64,000 bases of DNA. It comes from Chrysemys picta bellii. Its lineage: Eukaryota. The translations under genes were made by a program, and so were the position numbers. Position 1 is the first letter of the stretch; each line of letters starts with the position of its first letter. This document shows, one piece after another, positions 35,401 to 48,526 of the stretch. Below the pieces are notes generated by a model that was given only the letters and a program-made list of their open reading frames with translations, searched no databases and was not told the DNA's origin. The stretch lies in the NCBI RefSeq assembly GCF_011386835.1, contig NC_088795.1:118606001-118670000 (forward strand), given 5' to 3'.

Positions 35401-36472
35401 TAACCACTAAAGAATCAGGCTACAAAATGTATCCTACACGTGCTGCAGTTACACCCTCCAGCTGTAGTGTGGACATACCCTACCCTCCAGTTGCAGTATA
35501 GACATATCCTAAAATCATGTAACATGGAAGCTGAATTTGTGGAATTAAAATATGATATTGCACCTGTATATATGGCCTTGATATTGCAATGAGATCTGCA
35601 TTGGCAGACCTCTGTGCCTGCACAGAGCTCAGTTGAAACCACCCATGCAAAATAAGTCTACCCTCATGAATGAGCAGCTAGTGAGTTCAAGGCTAGAGCT
35701 AGCTGAAGAACAGCAGTAATGCTTTGCAAAAATACATTGTGACCATCTCCAGTCAGGGCCTATGTCTATGTGCATGCTTTCTGTATTCTTTAAAGCATGT
35801 GTGTGAACATAATGCTTAAGATCTGCTTTTAAATACTTCATTCCTATATTGGCACAATGCAGAACAGTAGAGAACTTTTTGGAACCTGTGGAATGTGAGT
35901 AGGAGTATTTCTCCAGGGAGGCTGAAACTGGCTCTTCTGAATGCTTAATAGTACAATCTGATGACACTTAAAAGCTATTAGAACACTAATTTTTGTTACA
36001 GAATGTACAGATCACTCTTCAAAAAGTGCATTGGTAATAGTCTAAATCTGCACCAGAGTGATTTAAAATGGTTCTTACTTCTAGCAATTTTGCCTTCCCA
36101 AGGGAATATATGCCAAACGCCTTACTTTTCCATATATTTTGTAGCTACGTTTTCCGCAGCACCTGTTTGTAAAGTAAATCTTTTATTTTGTCATATGTTT
36201 TTATCTGCATCTAGAATCCGGATGGGAGTTTAAAAGTAGCTTATTTCATTGCTCAAACCATCCCGATTAAAGAACCACAGACTGTTACTGGATAGAGTGA
36301 GATGCAGCATCACTTTGTAATTCTTTTTTTTTTTCCCCTCCTGAGTGCTACTTCTTCTTTCCCAAACACAAACACACTATTTTTGTTTTTGAATTCTCAA
36401 CATGCGGGATGAGAGAGGTTGCCATCTCAGCTCAATATTATTATGAAGGGTAGCTAATAGTGACCCTATAGT

Positions 36473-36654
36473 TAAGGCTAAGATTTTGGCATGGGTATTT
36501 TTGTAAAGTCACGGATAGGACATGGGTAATAAACAATAAATTGCGCATTTATTGAAGCCAGAGTCCCTCCGCCGCAGGGCTGAATTATTGGAATTTTCAG
36601 GAAGTCATGGAGGTCTTGTAAAATCACAGAATCTGTGACTGACTCATAGTCTTA
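36473..36654. mobile_element. Internally deleted hAT MITE, same family as 233-633
   Basis: Left TIR taaggctaagattttg; right end catagtctta; 8-bp TSD cctatagt / cccatagt. Confidence 0.8.
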
Positions 36655-37430
36655 CCCATAGTCTGCCTAGCTCTTGTGACCTTTTCTTTGAGAAGCTCTC
36701 AGCCCTCCATTGTTTGCAGCAGGCCTTTGATGTTTGGCAAAGGGAACTCCCTCAGGAAACAAAAGTTCCTTTTCATGTCCCATTAAATTCCATTCAGCTT
36801 TTGCTGACTGAGAAAGTGTTTAAATAAAATTCCCATTTCCTTCTCTTGCTTACATTCTTCAGGAAAATTGTCTATCTGCCATAATAACTGAACATATAAA
36901 CATTCTAAACTGTACTGATGCTGTCCTTAAAGCAACAGCAGCAGACGCTGTACTAGTAATAGTTGGAAGCTGTCACAGCAGCTGGTAGCGGTGGAAGAGG
37001 AAGAACATAAGAAAAGCCATACTGGGTCTGATCAGTGGTCTGTCTAGTCCAGTATCCTCTCTCCAGCAGTGGCCAAAACCAGAGGTTCAGAGGGAACAAA
37101 CAGAACAGGGCAATTTATCGAGTGATCCATCCCTGTCTTTCCCTCCTGTCTTCTGGCAGGCAGAGGTTTAGGTTGCCCCGAGCATGGGGTTGCATCCCTG
37201 ATGCTCTTGACTAATAGCCATTGGTGGATCTATCCTACATGAACATCTTTTTTGGACTCCGTTCTATTTTTGGCCATCACAACATCTCAAGGTAATGTGT
37301 TCCACAGGTTAATTGTGGATTGTGTGAGAAAGTACTTGGTCTTATTTGTATTTCATCGAGTGACTGCTGGTTTTTGTAAAAAGCAACAGAGGGTCCTGTG
37401 GCACCTTTGAGACTAACAGAAGTACTGGGA

Positions 37431-37471
37431 GCATAAGCTTTCGTGGGTCAGAACCTCACTTCTTCAGATGC
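37431..37471 (-). ncRNA. Minimal hammerhead-ribozyme-like motif (tandem copy)
   Basis: Minus strand GCAU-CUGAAGA-A-GUGAGGU(UCUG)ACCCAC-GAA-AGCU-U-AUGC. Confidence 0.65.
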
Positions 37472-37482
37472 AAGTACTGGGA

Positions 37483-37523
37483 GCATAAGCTTTCGTGGGT
37501 CAGAACCTCACTTCTTCAGATGC
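37483..37523 (-). ncRNA. Minimal hammerhead-ribozyme-like motif (tandem copy)
   Basis: Identical to 37431-37471, offset by 52 bp. Confidence 0.65.
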
Positions 37524-37532
37524 AAGTGACTT

Positions 37533-37573
37533 GCATCTGAAGAAGTGAGGTTCTGACCCACGAAAGCTTATGC
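37533..37573 (+). ncRNA. Minimal hammerhead-ribozyme-like motif (sense to WFS1)
   Basis: Stem I GCAU/AUGC; core CUGAAGA 37537-37543; stem II 37545-37561; GAA 37562-37564; palindromic AGCU; predicted cut after 37569. Confidence 0.65.
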
Positions 37574-38886
37574 TCCCAGTACTTCTGTTAGTCTCAAAGG
37601 TGCCACAGGATCCTCTGTTGCTTTTTACAGATTCAGACTAACACAGCTACCCCTCTGATGCTGGTTTTTGTATTGAGTCAAAGGGCAAAAAACACTTTTC
37701 TATTCACTTTTTCCACACCATTCATGACTTTACAGACCTCTATCATATCCACCTTAGTAATCTATTTTCTAAGCTGACCAGCTCTAATCCTTTTAGTCTC
37801 TCCTTGTTTGGAGCCATTCCATACCTTTGATAATCTTGGTTGCCCTTCTCTGAACCTTTTCCAGTTCCACTATATCCTTTTTGACAAGGGTTGACCAGAA
37901 CTGGACACAGTATTCCAGGTGTGGGCACACCATGGATTTATATAGTGACATGATGCTATTTTTTTTCTTATTTTCTTTCCCTTTCCTAATAGCTCTTAAC
38001 ATCCTGTTTGCCTTTTTTGATCGCTGCTGCACAGTGAGCTGAAATTTTCAGAGAACTAGCCATGATGACTCCAAGATTTCTTTCTGATGTGAGTTAACAG
38101 GAACACATTATGACTTAATGCTTCCTGTACAACTCTTATTTGACCCCCTTGCTTATGAGTTTTATCAGGGCAAGTGCCAGATTTGTGGCAAGCATCTTTG
38201 TACATGATGCAAAAACACTCATATTTACAATTTTTCTAGCTATGTATTAAATAGACTGGAAGCTAGTTACTATTGGCCAAGTATGAACTTAACTTGCATA
38301 TTTACACATATAGATGCAGTTGATTTCTTGGCTCTCCCTGACTATTAGAGGGTGTTTCTGAAGTATCTGCTGTGATGTTAAAATGTGACTCTAGTACAGA
38401 AATTTTCATATTTTGTCATCTAAAATTTTTCCAAACGCTGATTTCTTCCTTCTTCTACAAGTCCTTGTCACTTTCTCCCCTGAGCCCACATATGATGCTT
38501 GTAGTCGTGATCATGAAAAATGGGTATGCCAAACAGGTTTCCCTCATACACTTAGTGTGGGTGTCACCTAATGCATTAAGATCTTTTGTTCAATAGTATT
38601 TTCCATGCAATTTTAACTTTCACTTGTAAAACCTATAATTTCTTTTAAAGTTACATATACTACAAATGAATATTTTGCCTCCCTTATTGCTTCCTGTTTG
38701 AGAAGCTTCTTTAGTGCACAAGTTGGTGCTCATGTCATCTAATTATTTATTGAAGTTTCCAGTCCAAAAGGACTTCAGGTCCTTGACCTGTGTTTGTGTA
38801 ATACACTGACTTAGTATGTGTGAAAGCATGACTCCCTCTAGCCCCACTGTACATCTGATCATTTTCTCACAGCCAAACAAGAAGTT

Positions 38887-38955
38887 CTTTAGCTCAAATG
38901 GTAAAGGCTCATGACTTTCGATTTCAAAGGTTGTGGGTTTGAAACCCCTCCACCC
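38887..38955 (+). mobile_element. Decayed tRNA-derived SINE head
   Basis: A-box-like tagctcaaatggt and B-box-like ggtttgaaacc; no intact cloverleaf. Confidence 0.5.
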
Positions 38956-39911
38956 CAAGCTTTTTTCTTGTCCTGGGGAGAAAGGGTTGTCTAGTGGTTA
39001 GAACAGGGATAGGAGGCAGTTGTTGGGGTTATTATTTCTGACTGCCACTGATTTATTATTGTGACTTTAGGCACATCACTTAATCTCTACCTGTTTCCTT
39101 ACCTGTAAAAGATGAATATTAATACCTAACCTTTCCTAAAGCACTTTAAAATTCACAAATGGAAGGGACCCACATGCTCCAGTGGAGGGCAACATATAAA
39201 TACCTGTAATATAAAATGCAACATGCATTAAGAAAAACAATGGTAGTATGTGTTAATATGTCTGTGTAATATATTTTCTGCTGTTCTGCTTAAATTGATG
39301 TATGTGACTAGAGTCAGCTTAGTTACTATGACTGACTAAGACTTCTATCTTGCCCAACAATGGGAATGGGCGAATCTGGAATTCCGCTGCCATTGACTTG
39401 CCCTGTGATATTGGACAGGAGACTGTATAACCTATAATCATAGGTATTTCTGCCCTTTTTAGTTTTGGTGAACCTTGGAAACCTTTTACATCTTAGACTC
39501 TTGCATCAGAAAAGCTTGCCCCTTCCAGATATGTGCTTTTTCGAAAATTTATATAGTTTAATCTTCCAAGCGCTGTAATACTTTGGTCTAATTTTGGTTG
39601 TTGGGTATAGTGTGAAGGTGTTCAGTGGTCTGTGCTATATAGGAAATCACACTAGATGATTTGGTCGTCCTGTCTGGCCTTAAACTCGGACTCTGTTAAT
39701 GCTGAAGAGGATTATCTTGCTGTCTCCCAAAAATGGTGTTCATACTCGGTGCTTAATCAAAGTTTTCTCTCCATATTTTTTACTTCGATGTTATGCAGTA
39801 AAAACATCACAAGCTCAATCTGACTAGGAGACACATAGCAGACTTCTGGCTTCTGTAAATTAGCAAATAAATGAACAAATATGGGGGGGGGAGGATGTAC
39901 TGCATCATAAT

Positions 39912-40297
39912 TAGGCTTGGAAGGATTAGATTTTTATTTGTAAATGTTGGTAAATGTCAGTTTCACCCAACACCCACAAACCCATGAAAAAATATTTCTA
40001 TTGACCGATGGGCAAAATAATGCTGCTTGAGAATGTATTAGTTTGATTTAAGGTTATTTACTCTGCGTGTTTTGACAAATGATGTTGACAATTTGTGTTT
40101 TAATGGCTATAAAGCTTGAACTTTTTGTATCTGTCTCTACTGTCATTAAATAATTATTGTCTTGGCCCCATAATTTCCTGCGATTGTGAAAATTTAAATA
40201 AACTTCTGAAACAAATGCTTAAAAATAAACATAGATAATATCTACCAAAATTATAACATCAGATTCTGCCAAGCCTAATCGAATTCTGCCAAGCCTA
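39912..40297. mobile_element. AT-rich hAT-type MITE with duplicated right end
   Basis: TIRs taggcttgg / ccaagccta; perfect 8-bp TSD atcataat (39904-39911 / 40298-40305). Confidence 0.85.
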
Positions 40298-43255
40298 ATC
40301 ATAATGTGCTTTTCATTTTCGCAAATGTAGTTTAATTATCCTTAGTATTTACTAGTAAATGCAGTGTAGTATTGTTTTTAATACCTAAGAGTTTACTACT
40401 GCATTCTCTATTAAATTTTGCAGATAAGTGGAATGGGATGGCTGGGGGATAGATGCTGTAAAAATAAGTGCCTGCTTCTACTGAAAGTTAAGGATAACTT
40501 TCACAGAATTTTTTGTAACATATTTGAGTGCCACTCTGCATTAAAGTCTTATTAAGACAAGTTATAGTTAATGGATACAGTATTTAACAAATCTGTTTTT
40601 ACAGTTATATTGTACATGTAATTTATGGCTCTGTTTTCACCAAAAGATCTTGTATTATTTTTTTCAAACAAATACCATATGTGAAGTACCGTATAAAATT
40701 CTAAAAACCAAATAAGGATAATGGTCTGGTAGTTTTGCTCTACTTATTCTATTCTAAAAAACTATATTTACATTTAGCTTGTATTTTGAAAGTCTTCTAT
40801 GAGAATGTATATAAATGTGTTTACCATTTGACAAAAATTGGTCTAATAGCCATATCTCAATAGTAGCTTAAAATCCGATTTCAGTTAGTTTGTTGAAACT
40901 TGTAAGAGTTAAAAAAAAATTGTACACAATTCCTGATGATGTGAAATATACCACATCGTATAGGTTTCATTATGGGGGTCTTTCAGTAGCCGTTCACAAG
41001 GCATTTCTGATTAAATAACTCTGAATCCTCCTCCTGAAGCATATTTGATGTGACAGCTTTAACCTTTAAATGAAACACTTAAATGCCTACAGTAAATACT
41101 TCAGCAGCCATCCAGGGATCAAAATATCTTTTAGTAACATGAGGGCATAAAAGCAGCAGAGTGGAAAATATGCATCTGCTCACTCCCATGCACTTCAGAA
41201 ATCATTTGTATTTGCCTCAACTTCTACACACTTCTTTAGCGCACAAATGATGTGAAAAACTAGTAGCCCATATTTTGGACCCAGTTCGTTAGACCCTTCA
41301 GGGTGTTTGTTTCCCCTTGGTTTGTGCAATATTTGAAGAGAACACTTTGTTTTCTGAGGAAGTCTTTTGATGTTTTGTATTCAGTTTAGGGGAGTTCAGG
41401 AAATAAAACTGGCTTCTAAATGGGAGCAAAATATTGTAAGTAAATGTTTACTTAGTATAATGTGGATATACCATATGACAAATTACTGTGACAGATGCTG
41501 TCCTTCTATAGACCAAAAGGGTAAAGATGACCTGATAGCTTTCTGTAGCAGCCTGCAGAAAAAATGGTGATCATTCAGTTTAGTGACTGTCGTTTATTGT
41601 GTTCCATTGCAATGGCAAGCTAAGAAAAGCAAAAAGGTGCTTCACAAAAAATTTTGTGCCTGAGATAACTTTATTGCACTTTATAGTTAATTTATTATAG
41701 CAACTGTTATGCATTGAAAATCAAGTCTGACAATAACATTAAATTTCAAAAGGAATTCTCTAGCTAAGGTATTTATATGGCCCCCATCCCAATAGCATCT
41801 GAACACCACATAATCTTTAATATATTTATCTCAGAAGAGAGAAGTGGCTGGGGGGCTGAGGCACAGAGAAATTAAGTGATTTGTTCAAGGTCACGCAGAG
41901 GGAGTCCATGGCAGAGCTGGGAATTGCACCTGAAACTCTCAGATCGAACCAGGATCTCTCACTTTCCAGGCTAGTGCCCTAACTACTGAAAACTGTCCTT
42001 TCTCTCTGCTTTATCTTATAGGCAGGTTACGAGTAACACCTGCCCAGTTGTGTCCTCTCTTGCATCCTGTCACATGAAGGATCATCACTCAGGCCAATGC
42101 TGTTACGTAGAGCAGTAACTGATGGATGTCTCTACTGATACCAAACAGCCAGAAGAATCTGTGTTAATTATCAGAAAAGATGCATGAAATTTTATGCATG
42201 GAGCATTCATTTTTTCTGGATAATTTTTATATTCAAGATGGAGTGGAATTTAGCATTTTAAAAAAATTCAATGTTTTTAGTGAGGCTGGAAACTAAAAGC
42301 TTTTACTGACAGCATTTCCATTGTAACACTTTAGTGTGGGAGTAATACACATCGAGAGGTTTTCTAATGAAATGCGTGTTAAGGAACAAGGATGATAGAT
42401 TACAAACTGTCACTTAACCTTTTTAAGTGTGGCATAGTTGCTCTTGTGTGGTGTTTGTCCTCCCAATGTTTGAAAAGTTGTTGTTTGCATCATCCATCCT
42501 AGTTCTCAAATGTTTCTTGATGCTTTTAACTTCAATGGTTGATCTAAATTGGCAACCACCCAACTTGAATCTTTTTACACTTTATCCCTTCATTCAATCT
42601 TTTGTGTCAGGCCTGCCAGTAGACAAAGGGAAAATATTGTTTCTGCTTTCAAATCTCAATAAGGCTAATGTTCTGCTGGTCTTTCTTGCTAATATTTTAA
42701 GCCTTGCTTAGTTAGTCTCTCCAGAACGTGCCAGATGTAGGCTTTTCACCTCTGTTCTACCACTACAGAACACAGTCTAAAGATGTAATCTTAATTGTTT
42801 ATTATGCCCACCATCGTTCCCATCTATTGATGTTTATAGAACATATGTGGAAATGAGATATATTGCGATATTTTTGTATGAAGTGAGGTTCAGAGTGGCC
42901 TATTGGGTTAGAACAGGATGCTGAAAATCAGATCAGAACTGTAGTCCTGTCTTTGTGTCTGGCCCATTGTATGGCTTTTGGCAAATCACTTTCTGTGTCT
43001 CATTTTGTGTCATGTTTAAAAACAAAAACAAAAAAATCACCTTACTTCATTAAGTGTGTTGAGATAATCTGAACAGTGTTCAGACTTAGTGCTACCAAAC
43101 CAGTTAGTGGTTTGCCCTTTAAAAAGCTTTCCAATTTTGCTTTAGATAACTAAGTAACACTGCTACAGTATTTTCACTTTATCCAAGAAGTGTAATGAGG
43201 GATAGAAAAAAGTTGGCGGTGGGGACCAGGACCAGTATGGCTGCAAATTACGATT

Positions 43256-43378
43256 ATGAAGTGGGCTCGTAGCCCACGAAAGCTTATGCTCAAATAAATT
43301 TGTTAGTCTCTAAGGTGCCACAAGTACTCCTGTTCTTTTTGCGAATACAGACTAACACGGCTGCTACTCTGAAACCTG
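43256..43378 (+). mobile_element. 5'-truncated Penelope terminal-repeat fragment
   Basis: atgaagtgggctcgtagcccacgaaagcttatgctcaaataaatttgttagtc...ctactctgaaacctg; possible gatta duplication on the flanks. Confidence 0.85.
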
Positions 43379-45099
43379 ATTAAACTAAAGCTGTCTTTAT
43401 TTAAAAAATAAAAATCAGAGAGGCGTAATCTTTACCCACGTTTTATGACTGAGATAGGTAGAGTGAGGTAAATGCCAGTTTCTTTAAACATTATGCGGTT
43501 TGTTTTCAGTCATTTCTTTGTTTGTAAGTTGAGCTCATGAGTGAAGTGCAGCGGCTGAGCATTGCCATCTGGAAAGTCATCCACTTTAGAGTTCAGCTCT
43601 CTAGGTTATAGCTAAAATAAAGAATACTTAGCCGTTAATTTAAGTGGGATAATATTTACTTGTTTTATACTAATATATGAATCGTGATCTGAAAAGATAA
43701 AGAACTGGATGATGATAGTGATTGATAATTATGACATACTATAAAATATTAGAATTGTACCAAGTAGAGGTTGGTAGACAAAACTGTGACATGGTGGAGG
43801 AGAGTACTTATTTCATGGTGTGCTCATGTTAAAATATAGCCAATTGAATTAAACAATTGACTTCCTGCCAGATCTTAATTGGAAAGAGTACCAGTGAGAT
43901 TTAGAGGTTCTGAAATGCTGTTTGGTGTGATTTTTATTTAGCTAATTTGAAATTTTGTGTGTTGTCCTCAGACCTCCCCCTTCTTTGAAAATAATTGACA
44001 TGATACAGTGCCTCATTTAGATGGCATGCTTGCTGAACCCCTCCATTTTTGCCACCCATGTTAGACAGAGGCTGAAGTCAGTTTCTTTGAGTAGATACCA
44101 GCATGTCTCTCTAAATCACTTCCTATGATTATGAAACAGTTACTCACCCTATCTTCTCATTCTGCTTATGCCTTAAATATGAAGCTTACCCAGTGTAGTA
44201 AAGTGCCTGCTGACCTTGCAAGATTGTGTGGTGCAGGTGAGGTTTTGGAATAAGCTTTGGAACTTGCAGCTCCCATGTGGCTATGGTAGAGCTGGTTGGG
44301 AATCTTTTGACAAAACAGTTTTTTGGCAGAAGTAAAACTTTTTTAGCCGGGAGCATATCATGGAGTATTGGTATCTGCTACAGACCACCAAATTATGCCA
44401 AGGAATAGTATGACAGTCTCCTTATGCACCTATGTATAACGTGTAGGGGGGAAATGCTGTGCAGTCATGGGGGATTTCAATGAGTGACATTTGCTGGAGA
44501 TCTGTTGCTGCCAATACTAAAAAATCCTTGGAATTTCTAAATTCTATAGATGGCAGTTTCCTAACTCAAAAAATGTTGCAGCCAACCCAGGTGACTTCTT
44601 TCTGTTAGGACAAGGTCTAATAAAGAGGCATGATCACAGAACTAAAAATTAATGTTGGATTTGGATTCACTTACTCAGCGGACGGGTCTAACAAATTTAT
44701 TACGGCAAAACACTCAGCAAGTGGACAATGCAATGGACAGTACAGCTTCAACCTCTCTTTGTTACACGAACCTCTCTGTTACACAAACTTATAAATAAGT
44801 CTTTTGTTATTTTTTCTTATACATATGTATTAGTGTCTCATTTCCATGTTAACTTTTCTCCCCTGTCGGTACTGATTTAATGTTAGTTCAAACTGGTATT
44901 ACCTAGCTTTTTAGTTTATCTTTTCTTTTTCTCACAACCATGATTACTCTACAATTTCTTATATATGCACAGTTGTTCTTATGCGTATGCTCTTTAATGT
45001 TATCAAAAGAGACTCTTAAAATTCTCATCAGACTTCTATTAGGCCTAAATATGCCTTCCGTCCCGACACTTCCCACTATGAAGCCATAGAATCCTTCCT

Positions 45100-46400
45100 G
45101 GTGCTTAGCTGTACCACAGAGTCCAGGGCAGCACCAGCTTCAGATGACACATTGTGGATTTCATGCTGGGGAACTGGAAAAATTACCTTATCCACTATTC
45201 CGGTAACCTTTCTTGGAACTAAGCAGAACAGTGGCCAGTCATAACATGTTTGTGTCCCATATTAGAAGTATCCGACCCATGAGGTTAACCAATATTTGGC
45301 TTCTCCAGCCTTTGCTGGACCTTGTTCCCCATTGCCTCAGCCATATTATGCAATTTCAGGTTTCTTCATCCTAGGTGAACCCATGTGCTGGAATGCACTC
45401 TGCAGTACATCACGACATAACCAGATGTACCACCCCTCTTGGAACAACATGTGGAATCTGGGGCTTTCCCAACACCTCTAGCCCATCCTTAAGAGTATCT
45501 GAGGATGAGGGACATACTCCTTTAACCATGATAGGTTCCAGTATATCTATGATCTGAACACCATACACTCTTAATAGCTCACTTGGTGCTGCCAGTACCA
45601 TAGGAATCCATGTTTTGTCTAGCTTGCATCTTTTCTCAGCATAATAGACCCTTGAGTGGCGCCTAATCTGGCACCAATCTACTCCTTTTATTTTTGTCCA
45701 TTATTCCAACATCTTATTTGTTATGAACCCAGGCATTTCCCCACCTTGAATTTCCTTTAGTCCTACCTATAGTTCCTGTATTAAGAAACTGCCATGCCAC
45801 AAACAGGTCATTGCCTTTGATATATTAGGATGGTTGGTGGCGGTTGTTTTTTTTTCTTTTTTTCTTTTTTCTATTTCATTGCTAGCTGTTTCCACTTTCC
45901 TAATCAGATGTCCTGTTATACTAGTTTCCTGAACATCCTTTAAATCCTTCCCTATATACTCATTGTTTTGTTTAACTGTACTGTAACAGGTTTTGTAATT
46001 TGAACTTTCATTTTCTGATTTTCTTCCCACAATGCTGTGGTACTCATGTGATTCCCTGCTGACATTCCCAATGCCCCACCTCCTAGTACTGTACCTATAT
46101 CTCTTCTATCTCTCTTCCCCTGAGTAAGACCGAGCTGCTGTGGTAATGTTAAAATTGGTTAAATTCAATACTACAGGTATCATTTGGTACTGTACATTAT
46201 TATACATAATCTAATGTTCACGATTTATTACTAGTCCATTGTCAAGTTCTGTTTCTGGCCATGGGTAATCATCTTGCTTCAATTCTGGAGCAGGAGGTAT
46301 TTTTAGTCCAGTATGTTCAGGAGTGGTAGTGGTACTCGGTCAGTCTTTAATCTCATTCAGAGAGGTGGTCAAAGTCTCAGACTACGTTCTGACATGATAG
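45100..46400 (-). pseudogene. Decayed retroviral env-like ORF
   Basis: ..IMYNNVQYQMIPVVLNLTNFNIT.. / GKRDRR-DIGTVLGGGALGMSAGNHMSTTALWEENQKMK / ..CLWHGSFLIQEL*VGLKEIQGGEMPGFITNKMLE*WTKIKGVDWCQIRRHSRVYY; stops and frameshifts present. Confidence 0.7.
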
Positions 46401-48148
46401 GGAGGCTCATAGGTAGTTTGGTGATCTGGTAAAGTTACTGTAATACTTCCTGTATGTTAACTGCACTCTATGAATGCTTAGGTTAGCCATTACCATTCCA
46501 TTTAAAAATTCCATTCCAAGTCCCTGCTCCTGAGAGTTGCTTGTGCTGCAGGATCCTCCACCTACCTTGGCCACAGTCCAGTCTGTACCAGAACACTGTG
46601 GATTTTCCTGCATGTTTACTTGGGAACCATAAGGCTAAGGTGGCATTCTACCCCTTGTGCACTGTCACCACCTTGTTTCTCTGCTGTATCATAAATTCCA
46701 TGGATCCTGATGTAGTAGGTATTATGCCTCCCATGGTGATCAACACGTCAAAGAGAAAATAAATATTCTCGCTTCCCTCTTTTAAAATTAGTAGATTGAC
46801 TTCTGTCTTGTATGATTTCATCTGCATAGCATGCAACCACCCCTTTTTATCCTTCACCTGAATGAGATACACTGATGAACTATCCTTGTCCATTATGTAG
46901 CAAGGATCCTTCCAACTGGGTTTTGGAAAGGGTTTTGTATCTGAGACGTACTGCACAAGTATGTGATCTACAACTTCATACTCCTTTCCAGAGATGTGAC
47001 CATAAATCTTTTCAGTTTTCACTGGGCTTCCCCTAAATTAAGCAGCTCACATTTTATTTTTATATTTCAGCTTTGAAGACGTTTTTCACAGGTGAAAACC
47101 TTTTTTTTTTTTTTATTATTTTATTTTGGATGCCTGGGCTCTCTTAACTGCTGTATTCCATTTTGCTGCTGCTTTGATTTCTTTTCAGAGTCTTTACCAA
47201 CTTAGATATCAGTAAGTTGTGACACTTAAACTGTTCTTTTTCTAGCCCTGTTTGCTGCTGCTGTTCATTTTTTTTCTATTGAACTTACCCCTCTTTCCCC
47301 CTCCCCTCCCCAGTTCTCAGAGCCAACTCCTTTCTATAAAATTCTCAACCAGTCTTCTCTAGTCTTGAGATCACAAAATTCAACCTACTTTCTAGTGTTC
47401 ATAAGCTGCTTTATCAATTCCTCTATGCCCCTGGTTCTGGGACAAGGTCCTATTTCTTTAATTATGTCTAATATCTCCTCTGATGAAAATTTTTAACCTT
47501 CATCTCTGTACATGTACCACCCCAATTGTTTGGACTGTGGATGTGAATTGTAAGTGTCATAGGGACAGCTTTAGAGTCCAGATTACTTAAGGAAGGAAAA
47601 AAGTGGAATATAAGGAGGTGGTTGTGCCCTAGACAATACAGCACTGTCCACATTAATGATTTCTCCTTCCAAAAGTCTCACTGATTTAAGAGCGCCTGTC
47701 AGTTCTGTATTCTTCAATGGCACTGTTTCCAGCAGTGCTTGCAGAACCCCGTTCTGCTCCTTGAGAGACTCAGGTTCCAGAGCTTTCTCAATCAAAGCCT
47801 CAACTTGTACACTGTAGCACCCCGTAGCTCAGTGGCCTTGTCTCTCAGTTCTTGTCTCTCACCCTTCTGCATTTCTTTAACTTACGTTTTATTTCTTTCT
47901 GCATTCTAGTGTCAGTGCTTCATTTTGCTTCACAAAAGCTCTGGCTGTCATTACCCAACCCTCAACAAACAACCGTTTGGTTGCCAGAAAAGTTGCTTTC
48001 AAGCATGTCAGCCACCACTTCAAACAGATTCTGCCTTTTGAGAATGTCCACCTCCTTAAGTGGACCCTTACCATGTCTGGCCAGATATTCATTTACATAT
48101 CTCCCCAGTGATTCCATTGTCACTTAAACCCCATCAATACCTTAAGTC

Positions 48149-48526
48149 TAGGGTTACCATACGTCCGGATTTTCCCGGACATGTCCGGCTTTTGGGAGCC
48201 GGGCCGGCGGGGAGCCGGGGGAGCCGGGCCGGCGGGGAGCCGGGCCGGGCCGCCGGCAGTGCTGGGCGGGCCGGGGGTGGTCGGCCGGGGCCGGCACCCC
48301 AGGGCCCGAGCTGACCCAGGCTGGAAACGCCGGGGGGCCAGCCTGGGCCGCGCCTCCTCCCCCCACACCCTCCTTACCTGCTTCAGGCTTCCCGCGAATC
48401 AAATATTCGCGGGAAGCAGGGGAGGGGGCGGAGACTTTGGGGAGGGGGAGGGGTTGGGCGGGGCTGGGGCGGGGCCTTGGGCCGTGGAGTGTCCTCCATT
48501 TGGAGGCACAAAATATGGTAACCCTA
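48149..48526. mobile_element. hAT MITE inserted in the proviral leader/gag region
   Basis: Perfect 13-bp TIRs tagggttaccata / tatggtaacccta; perfect 8-bp TSD cttaagtc. Confidence 0.92.

Larger units (their letters stand above)
37379..37658. mobile_element. Fold-back Penelope-type terminal-repeat insertion
   Basis: 14-bp TSD tgctggtttttgta (37365-37378 / 37659-37672); 101-bp inverted arms around base 37528; 52-bp tandem duplication in the left arm. Confidence 0.9.
37001..38095 (-). mobile_element. CR1 LINE 3' portion, interrupted by a Penelope insertion
   Basis: Reverse-complement CR1 3' end at 37001; minus-strand ORF LYKSMVCPHLEYCVQFWS..LEKVQRRATK. Confidence 0.9.

Noticed and set aside
37375-37629. 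CRISPR-like or miRNA reading of the repeated 52-bp units and hairpin
   Set aside because: Eukaryotic context with no spacers; fully accounted for by Penelope terminal-repeat sequence bounded by a TSD
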